DNA of 64,000 nt, from assembly GCA_963662545.2 (NCBI GenBank), contig CAXXLL010000003.1, positions 2,464,001-2,528,000 of the forward strand. The letters run 5' to 3'. The position numbers and the translations under genes are program-made. Below, in pieces: positions 53,622-62,275 of this stretch. The first letter of the stretch is position 1. Each line of letters begins with the position of its first letter. The notes below the pieces were generated by a model. That model searched no databases. It was not told the DNA's origin and saw only the letters and a list, made by a program, of their open reading frames with translations. The stretch comes from Gammaproteobacteria bacterium (GTDB lineage Bacteria; Pseudomonadota; Gammaproteobacteria; Ga0077536).

Positions 53622-54064
53622 TGAAACCAAAACTCGCAGACGAATATTTGCAGGTCGATCAGATGGAGTGGGAAGATTTCGCGGAGGATTTTCAAACCGG
53701 CGGGGTACAGTGGAAGCTGCTTCACGTGTCGCCCGAGATCGGTTCGTGGACCGTCGTGTTCCGGTGCCCGGCGGGCTCGACGTTCGCCCCTCACGTGCAC
53801 CATGGGCCCGCCGAAGGCTATATCTTCGAAGGCGAGATCGAGGTTCGCGGTGGTGAACGTATGGGCGGTACGACCGGCCGCGCGAACGGATATATCTACG
53901 AGGCCGCTGGCGCGATACACGATCGCACGACGATGACACAGGAGACGGAATTCATGCTGCAGTTGGTCGGTCCGGTCGGCTGGAAACTGGAGGACGGCAC
54001 GCAGCGCCCGCAAGGATGGGCGGAAGCGCAACAGCTATGGGACGAGCAAAAAGCTAGAAATTAA
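53618..54064 (+). CDS. Cupin (2,4'-dihydroxyacetophenone dioxygenase/ChrR-like)
   Basis: PHVHHG...YEAAGAIH metal ligands; translationally coupled to the PPOX gene. Confidence 0.85.
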   Translation: MMKPKLADEYLQVDQMEWEDFAEDFQTGGVQWKLLHVSPEIGSWTVVFRCPAGSTFAPHVHHGPAEGYIFEGEIEVRGGERMGGTTGRANGYIYEAAGAIHDRTTMTQETEFMLQLVGPVGWKLEDGTQRPQGWAEAQQLWDEQKARN

Positions 54065-54223
54065 ACTCTGCACCGATGGTCAGAAAATCGACGTCGGTAT
54101 CGTCGTCGCCGCCCCTGCCCCCCGTCAGCGCCCTTGAGACAGATTTGGGTTATTGAATAACGGAGGATTTCTGTCTTATACGCGCTGACGACAGAGACTG
54201 ACAAGCAGCAGCCGTGCGGCAGG

Positions 54224-54463
54224 CTAACGAAGTTTCCGAAGGGAGCTCACTGACGGGAACAGCTCGCCCACCTCGACATGCAGTGCCGTGGCGATTCGAA
54301 CAAGATTCAACACGGCTACATTCCTTTCTCCGCGTTCGACACCCCCAAAGTAGGCACGGTCCATCCCAATCTCAGCGGCAAATCCTTCTTGCGAGTAGCC
54401 CTCGCGGCTGCGCAACTCGCGTATTTGAGCGCCGATTGCAACCAGTTGGGGGTGCTTTGGCAT
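54224..54463 (-). CDS. XRE family HTH regulator (controller-protein-like)
   Basis: YSQEGFAAEIGMDRAYFGGVERGERN. Confidence 0.92.
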   Translation of the reverse strand: MPKHPQLVAIGAQIRELRSREGYSQEGFAAEIGMDRAYFGGVERGERNVAVLNLVRIATALHVEVGELFPSVSSLRKLR

Positions 54464-54814
54464 ATCGGCAAAGTTAGGGATATGCTCTGCATAGGACCAC
54501 GGTTTATGAGTACCATTCTCAGGGAATGGGTTTGGGGGAAACGACCAATAGACCTAATCGACCATATCAGCCAAATAGCGCTCGTATTCCGAAGCAGATC
54601 GCCCATATCGGTACTGAGGAGGCGACAAAAACAACATCCGTTATACATCGCCCGCCCCCGGCTCGTTCGCTTCGGGCACAAGATGCGGACTTTTACTCCG
54701 CGGCGGTTAGTCCATCCGACCGATTCCGATGACCATTTTGTCCCCGGGATTCACGCCAAACTAGTTAATGCGCACTAGTTAAACCGCAAAGCTCGAATGT
54801 CCAGGAAGGGAGTT

Positions 54815-55348
54815 ATGGCTAAGAGTCTGATAAAAAACTATGGGCTTAGGTGGCATGCGTCTCGGGTGCAATGGTCGGGGCGAAATGAAGATGTTGGCCT
54901 ATGGGGAGTCCCTGCGAAGCGACGACGTTCCAAACCGACGAACTTTGCGGATCAGATCGCCATTTACGTACTGTACGATGGTGAGATACCAATATATGTC
55001 GGCCAGTCCGGGGCACGTAACAATAGGATTATGGGAAGGCTAAAGCACCACCGAGCCGACCGTCTTGCCGACCGCTGGGATCGATTTTCGTGGTTTGGAC
55101 TGTGTCGTGTGCAGGCAAATGGTGCGATCAATCCACAAGCGACAGTAGAGCAAATGCAGACCCCAGAAATATTGAACCAGATTGAAGCGGTCATTGTAGA
55201 GGCGGTCGAACCACGCCTAAACAGGCAAGGTGGTCAGTTTGGTACTCGCGTTGTGCGATATGTGCAATATCCAGATGCGCGCAGCGAGTTGTCCGATGGG
55301 ACCATGCTGAAGGAGCTGCATGAGGCGGTAGTCAGGGTTAACCAATGA
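54815..55348 (+). CDS. GIY-YIG nuclease family protein
   Basis: AIYVLY...IYVGQ...RLKHH...E...N; probable start MAKSLIKNYG after the AAGGGGAG RBS. Confidence 0.82.
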   Translation: MAKSLIKNYGLRWHASRVQWSGRNEDVGLWGVPAKRRRSKPTNFADQIAIYVLYDGEIPIYVGQSGARNNRIMGRLKHHRADRLADRWDRFSWFGLCRVQANGAINPQATVEQMQTPEILNQIEAVIVEAVEPRLNRQGGQFGTRVVRYVQYPDARSELSDGTMLKELHEAVVRVNQ

Positions 55349-55459
55349 CGCCGGCAAACGTTATGCAATACTCTGAACTCCTTTGAATGATGTCTGCGGC
55401 CGTTAGGTATTTTTTACACACTGCCCCCCGTCAGCATCTAAGGCACAAAATTGAGGTTG

Positions 55460-55826
55460 TGATGTGCGGTGCCCCCTTTCCACCCCCAAACCTGGGGCAG
55501 GAACGAGCGCTGGCACCAGACCCTCAAGAACCGGACGTGGCTGGAGAACTAGTATCTGCCCGGTGCTCTCCAAGCCCAGCTCGGCGCCTTCGTCGAGCAC
55601 TACAACACCCAACGCTACCACCAGAGCATCGGCAACGTAACTCCAGCTGACGCCTACTTTGGACGCCACACCGCCATCATCGAAAAGAGAAAAAAGATCA
55701 AAAAACTGACCACCCAAAACCGCCGCTTGAACCATCAAAGCCAAGCGGCTTAACATCAAACAAAGATGAGCCAGATCCTCCCTTATGAAACACGCTCAAC
55801 AGTCCCATTTGTTTTGATGACGGACA
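55460..55826 (+). mobile_element. IS3 family 3' remnant with right end
   Basis: FVEHYNTQRYHQSIGNVTPADAYFGR; ends GATGACGGACA. Confidence 0.8.
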
Positions 55827-56150
55827 CTGGTGCACGACTCCGCCGTTGAGGTTGTTGCCGTCGGCGAAAAAGCAAACGCCGATCAAACGTCCGTACCGAT
55901 CGCGAGTATCTCCTTTACACGTCACCCTGTCCGAGCCGAGTCGTGCCCGCAGCGCTTCTGTGGCAACCTCCCCGCACGGATATTCCTTGCCGGCGGCGTC
56001 CCTGCATGTTTGCTTGGCTTCCGGCGCGCCAATGCCCTCGATTCGAACCCGCTCTATGTCGAACGCCAGCGCATCCGCATCCACTACGCGAGAGTGCCTA
56101 GTGATGTTCTCTGAATGGACTGTACCGGTACAGAGTGGCAGCAGTAATGG
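55827..56150 (-). pseudogene. Thermonuclease (SNase-like) family fragment
   Basis: RVRIEGIGAPEAKQTC...YPCG...DRYGRLIGVC; cut by the IS3 end. Confidence 0.85.
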
Positions 56151-56254
56151 GATGAGGACTCTCTAGCTCATAATATTCGACGCGTTATGATCCGATCTTT
56201 TCGGTCACAACATATTCGGTAGTGTCTTAGTTTGAAATCGGAATTTCCTAGCAA

Positions 56255-57951
56255 GTGTCCGTCCATAAACAGGCATTTTCTTCGATGGGCACGGAGAAAT
56301 CGAGGTGTTGAAAGTAGGTTGTTGGAGCGGTAGCGGCGGTTCGGTGGGGGTCGAAGGGCTCTTCGAGCGTAATTGTGAGTACGTTCGCCGGCCGCAGAGC
56401 GCTGCAACCCAAAGTCGCCCGTTCGACGATATCGAGGAGGTCAGTTAGTGCGAGTGAACGTCGCTATTCGAGTTGATAGCGCGCGAGCAGGCTGAGGTTG
56501 TAGGCGACCACAGAAGACCACACGTAGGCTTCGAAGTGCGGCAGGCTCTTCCAGGTGCAACGTGCCAATCCGTATGCACGCTTCAGGCAGGAGATACCGG
56601 CCTCGATGCCGGCGCGGAAGTTGCGCAAGCGTCGATAGACCCACTGACTCTTGACCATGTCGGCGATCGCGAGCCCGCGCTTCTTGTGGAAGGCAACGTC
56701 TTCGATGCCTTCTGCTTTCGCCGCCCGGAGATTGTCGAGGCTCGCATAGCCGCCATCGGCGGCGACCTGTCGTGGCATCGTCCCGTAGTGTGTTCGATGC
56801 CGTTCGAGCATCGGCATGAAGCGCTGACTATCGACCGGATTGCCTCGCTCGATGACCACGTCGAGGATGAGGCCACTGCGCCCCGAAGCCAGATTGATTT
56901 TGTGTCCGTACTGAACGTCGCGCGCACCCTTTATGATGATGTCGGTATGCGGCTCGAACAAGCTCACGCACTTCTCGCTCGCGGGGACCTTCTCACCGCC
57001 GAACACCCGCCGCTCAGTTTGCGAAATCACCTGCAGAACAAGTGTTTCGTAGTGCGCTACCTGCGCTAGCCAGTCCGGCAGTTCAACGCCGGTGACGCCC
57101 GGGCTCAGCAGCTGCTCACGTACCCTCGCTACCGCTTCCAAGGTTGAACGCGTCGCCCCAATCAAATCGCGATACAGACGTTGGCGTTGCTTCGCACCAC
57201 GCGCATACCACAGCGCCCGCGCACGCTTCTTCGCCAATCGAGTGTGGTTCACGAAGCACAACTCCGGCGCGCCAGGCAACTCGCGCGCCTGTGCGAGCAG
57301 ACGAACCACAACACGCACGCCATCCCACAGCAGATGACTGTCGCTCGGCGCGTGGATGGCACTGTCCGTTACCGTGCTATCAATCCGTACACGCTGTGCC
57401 GGCTCAATGCGCGTCTCTTTCGCCGTCGCCAGCAGGGCGCGATGAATAGACTCCCACGTCGATACCTGGATCGCCGAGACCACCCGCTGTAAGGCAGACT
57501 TCTTCGGACGTTCATTACCCGGCAACCGGGCGAAGGCCTGAAAGCTCGCCGAGTCCTGCAGGTGAAAGGCCAGCTCCTCGTAACTCAATTGCCGGTGCTG
57601 CTTGAGCACCGCGCAGCGCAGCACCGACTCCGCCGACAGTCCGCGTCGACCGGTGGGCTTCAAACCCCGCCGACACAGATCGTTCATGACCGGCGTGAGG
57701 ACCTTGGGGTGAGCATCGAGCCACTCGGACATGCCCTGCAGCTCTCGCCCCAGGTCATGGTCAGCAAACAGCTCGTATATACTCGCTTGGGCCGTGCGTT
57801 TCTGACGCATTCCCCCTCCTGTGGTGTCGATGATTGTGTGGAAAATCAGAGGTTTGAAGTTCCATTAGATCACGACCCACCGGAGGTTTCGATCCCTTAA
57901 GCGACAAATTTTCCTTTTTATTTCAACCGCATCGCGTTTAGGGATGCACAC
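56255..57951 (-). mobile_element. ISNCY family element
   Basis: Ends GTGTCCGTCCATAAAC / GTTTAGGGATGCACAC; near-duplication TAGCAA/TAGCTA. Confidence 0.8.
56464..57810 (-). CDS. ISNCY family transposase
   Basis: RIDSTV, SLFEPHTDII, AADGGYAS and FRAGIEAGIS motifs. Confidence 0.92.
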   Translation of the reverse strand: MRQKRTAQASIYELFADHDLGRELQGMSEWLDAHPKVLTPVMNDLCRRGLKPTGRRGLSAESVLRCAVLKQHRQLSYEELAFHLQDSASFQAFARLPGNERPKKSALQRVVSAIQVSTWESIHRALLATAKETRIEPAQRVRIDSTVTDSAIHAPSDSHLLWDGVRVVVRLLAQARELPGAPELCFVNHTRLAKKRARALWYARGAKQRQRLYRDLIGATRSTLEAVARVREQLLSPGVTGVELPDWLAQVAHYETLVLQVISQTERRVFGGEKVPASEKCVSLFEPHTDIIIKGARDVQYGHKINLASGRSGLILDVVIERGNPVDSQRFMPMLERHRTHYGTMPRQVAADGGYASLDNLRAAKAEGIEDVAFHKKRGLAIADMVKSQWVYRRLRNFRAGIEAGISCLKRAYGLARCTWKSLPHFEAYVWSSVVAYNLSLLARYQLE

Positions 57952-58116
57952 TAGCTAAAGGCCTCCCGTCATCGCCATTTCAGGTCTCGTCAATCAAGCT
58001 CCTTAAGAACCTCACGCCCGCTAATTCGACCGCCAATTGGGCGGTTCTTTTTGGGCTGTACTGGAGGGGCTCTGTAGCTAGGGCCTGTCAGCGCCTGAGC
58101 GAAGTAGTTGCATGCA

Positions 58117-58165
58117 TTGACGAATAAACGTCAACGGCTATATACGATTGACGATCTCAACGTCG
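58117..58165. promoter_or_regulatory. Tandem palindromic operators overlapping -35-like boxes
   Basis: TTGACG-N6-CGTCAA followed by TTGACG-N7-CGTCGC. Confidence 0.45.
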
Positions 58166-59108
58166 CCATAGCACACTGCCAACCGTGACAATTCGCGTGG
58201 TCCGCCCCTGCCGGGCCACCCGTTGAATGCAATAGCCGCTATACGGTTCGGGAGTAGCTACGCAAGTTTGGTGAACAGGCGGGGACTTCCTCTTTCCGAG
58301 ACATGCTGGCAGGGGGGATGCAGGGGTCGGCTTTTAGCATCGCTGCTTCGGCCGACCTTTCCTCCTGCCGGCGCCCTGGGTAAACGGGCATATCCCAATG
58401 ATTTGAGAGCACCCCGCCTGAGTGGGTCAGGCGGGGCTCAAACCGACGAGAAGGAGAGTTCTCATGAGTGATGAAGACTTTCAAGGGGGCCGATTGGCCG
58501 CGCCGATGAAATCACGCCTCGGATTCAAGAGGCGGGTATTCTGCTGGACATGAAGGTTCGGTATCCTGGAATGCGGCCGCAAGATCCTCCTTCAAGAGAA
58601 GCGGTACTGGTTCCTCTGGATGTGGGTTTCGAATTGTCGGAAGCACTACGATCGGCGGTGATAGAGTGGAGACGGCACTATCAGGATCGGGATTAGAATT
58701 AGACACAGAAAAACCCTCCTGGTTATCTATGGAGACAACCGCCGCGAGGGTGTGTTGCGCGTCCTTAGCTTGCCGGCCGCGAAGCGCGTTATCGAACCAG
58801 GTCGGGGTGGCATAGCCTGCACCCCACCCTCTCTTCAACCTGCGCACCGCACCATTTTAGACTGAGACAGTACCCCGCTGACTTGTCACGATGGCCCGTA
58901 ACCGCTTGATTTCACCCATGGGCACAAACCCCAGCCCTAAGTTCAGACACTCGATGTCTGTGCACACGGTGGCCGACGGTGGCCACCGTGGCCAGCCGCA
59001 CATGTACGTCTGGCAGGACACGAACAGCGCTCAGCAGGCGTGGGTGCATGATGGGATGGGGTGCGAGGCAGGGGTGCGTGGCGGTGCGGTACAGCAAATT
59101 TCGGGCGC

Positions 59109-59255
59109 CATGGCCGATGGCCGCGAGGTGTACCGGTCAGGTGCGCGATAATTCATCTTATCGCACATCTGATGCGAATCGAACATGGGACCTGGCGCAG
59201 ATTGATGAAGGGGTTCGCGGTCTCCGCGGCGCGAGCTCGAAGTATCTATGCCTCC
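59109..59255 (+). repeat. ~145-bp module A with Xer/dif-like site
   Basis: GGTGCGCGATAA-TTCATC-TTATCGCACATC, then CATGGGACC, a G-run and TCGAAGTATCTATG. Confidence 0.7.
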
Positions 59256-60294
59256 GAACGTCCCTTACCCTCCCTCACACACGAGAGCCGGTACCGTAGG
59301 CCGGGCGCCCAGCGATATAATGGATGGGCACCTCCGTACCATGGTACCGTGGGCTGTGGGGGCGGTGGTAAGTGCCGAGCAACACAGTCAATGGCACGGG
59401 GGCACGCTCTCACGTGCGCCATCAAGGGCCGCCAGCCTTAAGTCGCGGCGTTCCAGCTGCGCGATAATGGGTCTCATCGCGCAGCTGAAAGGGATCGCCG
59501 GAAGGGGAGGATCCCCGGCGCGGGCATACGTGCACCTGTATAGATAGACATATTTTTTCGTTTTTTGTGTCAAAAGCCTGTTTTTTCCAATGTGATCATA
59601 TGGATATCTGGCACAAACCTGGCACAGCGCTGTGCCGGCCACCCTGGGTCGACATGACGCACATGTAGCTTGCGCGATGGAAACTTCCCACCCCGGCACG
59701 GAGGTCCGCTGCGCGCCAGCCGTTCGAAAATCGTAAGCGCCGCGATGTGGATCGCCCCAGCTTTTCCGAAGACCTTTTTGGTTGAGTCGACCTGCGTCCA
59801 ACTCGCGCATCAGCAGTGGACTACTTAATGGCCGCAAGAGCGACGTTGCTTCATTGAGGGGGTCATTTTTTCCGCCGGTTCGGGCCCCGGCTGACGCGGA
59901 TTGACGCCTCTATTATTACATCCGATAATTGTCCTTATCAGACATAATAGCGGGCGAGAACCCCATGCAAAAGACCCCGGCCCTGAGCCCCGCGCGCGCC
60001 GTGTCCACCGCCGGGGCCTCTGTGGTCGAAATGCAGCAGGCGGGCCGCTGGCAATCGCCGTCCATGCCGGGCCGCTATGCGTGGGGCCCGCCGGGGCGCC
60101 GTCGCCAGGCTCCGCTACGGGGCGTGACTCAGCGCCACTGCGTGGGCCGGTGCTGCCAGATTCTGCGGGCACCGGGAACTTGACGCTGTGTCGTCAAGCC
60201 TATAGGCACCCGCTAATGCATGAGAGGTATGGGCGGTATAAAGGCGCTGGGATGTCAAGCCTTGACGCTGCACGCGTACCAACCCGAAGTTTGG

Positions 60295-60392
60295 GTGGAC
60301 CTATATCTGCGCGTTCGGCTGGCCTGCCATGTTGATGGTCTGAGCCAGCGAGAGGCGGCAAGTCGGTTTGGCATTGCGCGCGAGACGGTGAG
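60295..60392 (+). repeat. 98-bp internal copy of IS21 istA 5' region
   Basis: Matches 43613-43710; no IS21 ends present. Confidence 0.9.
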
Positions 60393-60470
60393 CCGGCGTC
60401 AGATTTCAATCGCAGGCCGAACGTCGGTCTCGATCGACGCGCGCCCGCGCCCATGTCCTGGGCGCTCAAA

Positions 60471-60613
60471 CCATGGCTGAGCCGGGTTCCAGATGCGCGA
60501 TAATTCACTTTATCGCGCATCAGCCCCGGTCGCCGCATGGGACCCGCAGCAATCGAGGACCGGGGGGGGGCTCCTTTTTGCCTCGCCGCTCGATTCGAAG
60601 TACCTATGGGTCC
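60471..60613 (+). repeat. ~145-bp module B with Xer/dif-like site
   Basis: CATGGCTGAGCCGGGTTCC, GATGCGCGATAA-TTCACT-TTATCGCGCATC, CATGGGACCC, G-run, AAGTACCTATGGGTC. Confidence 0.78.
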
Positions 60614-61403
60614 ATTCATCCCACGGGAGCCCTCGCGCACGGGGCTTGGGGTGGTCAAACATTGACCAATTGGCACAGAAATATGCAGGCGGTGTGCCGG
60701 GTCTGTGCCGCTCTAGGCCGCGTGGGACGTGGGAGCTATGCCAGGCTGTGCCGGCGTTGTGCCGGGTTTTAGGGGGTATTATTATTATCTTTTCAATAAG
60801 ATAGATAGATAGGGGGTTGACGTTTCGATGTTTTCCCCCGGAAACACCCCTCACGCGCGCGCGAATGCGCGCGCACCCGAATCTACCTTTTTTCTGGGAT
60901 TCTGTGCCATTTGCCACTTTTCCTTTTAGGTTCAGTAGGTTATCCGGCACACGCTTGGCACAGCGTTGTGCCGGGAACCTGAATCTCCCGAAAATTCAGA
61001 GGTTTAACATACCCTCTCCAGCACATGGTAATGTGGGTTTGTGTCGGCGCTGGGTAGTGTCTCAGTCAGACGTTTTCCAATGACAAAAAATGACCCGACC
61101 GAGGTCTATAACATGCTCGACGACCTCGGCTTGCTGGAGGGCATTGGCCGGGAGCCGGACAACATCACGAAGATTATCTGGCGCTGCCTCAGAAACTATC
61201 GCGACAAAGCGCTAATTTCATACTGAGACACTGCCACATATTCGCATGCGTTTAAGACCACCGACCATCCATGGAACAATCCGCCCGTCAATACAAGGTC
61301 GTCATGCCCGTACGCTAACCAGCCGGAGGCTTGGGCAGTACGGAAGCGTCAGGGTGTCAAAACCTCGGCGCCTCGCGCGCAGGCCCCAACAAGTGAGACA
61401 ACG

Positions 61404-61545
61404 AGACCCATAGGTACTTAAGCCAAACGCCGACGTGGTTGGAGGACCCCCCCTGAGGCTTCAAGCCAACGGGTCCCATCCGCGACTCTTTGCACATGCG
61501 CGATAAACCCAATTTTCGCGTATCGGGAACCCGGGCTCAGCCATG
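61404..61545 (-). repeat. ~145-bp module C (inverted)
   Basis: Minus strand CATGGCTGAGCCCGGGTTCC, GATACGCGAAAA-TTGGGT-TTATCGCGCAT, ATGGGACCC, G-run, AAGTACCTATGGGTC. Confidence 0.78.
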
Positions 61546-62275
61546 ATTCGAGCGCCCGGGACGTGAGCGGGGGGCGCGCATTGACCAAGACCGACAGGGG
61601 CCTCCAATACTTCACACAGGGTGTCATCGCAGGGGCATGAGATTCTGCGCGTCAGGGTCGCCCGGGCCATCGCATGGGGCTATCGCCCCGCGGCCACCGG
61701 CACGCCTTGCTCGCGGATCACGCGCTATCGCCGTCCGTTGCGAGGGCGGCTGCCCTCTTGTACCCCTTGCAGGAGGGCAGTCTCTATCTTATTCGGACCA
61801 GGCGGCTGAACCATTGTGGCTGATGGAACCCACTCCCTGGCCAGCACCCGCACCGTGTGCAAGTGTGGGAACTGCGCCTATTTCTATGTGAGTTGTAACG
61901 ATAAGGTCGGGTAGTTCACCGTGAACCGCCGCAGGTAAATCAAATGGATGCCAATGAGATGGTGCTGTGGCCGAAGGTTTGTTGCAGCGACTGGTGCGGG
62001 CAATACAGGTCCGTTGACGACGATTACGAACGGGAAGAAGCGAGTCGGGCGCGTCGCCTGGTACCGCTGATAAGCAGGTGCGTTGTAGCGGCATGACCGC
62101 ATGCCAAACCCGCAACCCTGTAGCCTCAGTTAGAAGAACGGTTAAAATCTTGAGTTAGGAGATTTCGATCTGGATTCAGGGAATTTAAAGGAGGCCTTGT
62201 CAATGTATGCTCTCATCAAAGCGGCGCTGGACAAGACCGGCGCCTTCCGGTGTTTGCGGCGCGGGTTGTAGCCCC

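Larger units (their letters stand above)
56218..61235. mobile_element. Non-autonomous element with IS1595-like ends and 8-bp target duplication
   Basis: Left end GGTAGTGTCTTAGTTTGAAAT, right end ATTTCATACTGAGACACTGCC (18/21 inverted); ACATATTC directly flanks both sides. Confidence 0.8.

Noticed and set aside
55350-55410. attC-like GTTATGC/GTTAGGT motifs after the GIY-YIG gene
   Set aside because: No complementary RYYYAAC partner or hairpin found
58223-62115. Numerous short ORFs in the track
   Set aside because: Low-complexity R/P/G/A translations overlapping in all frames with no recognisable domains; treated as non-coding or decayed
58000-62200. CRISPR array
   Set aside because: Repeats are few, irregularly spaced, in both orientations, and no cas genes are present
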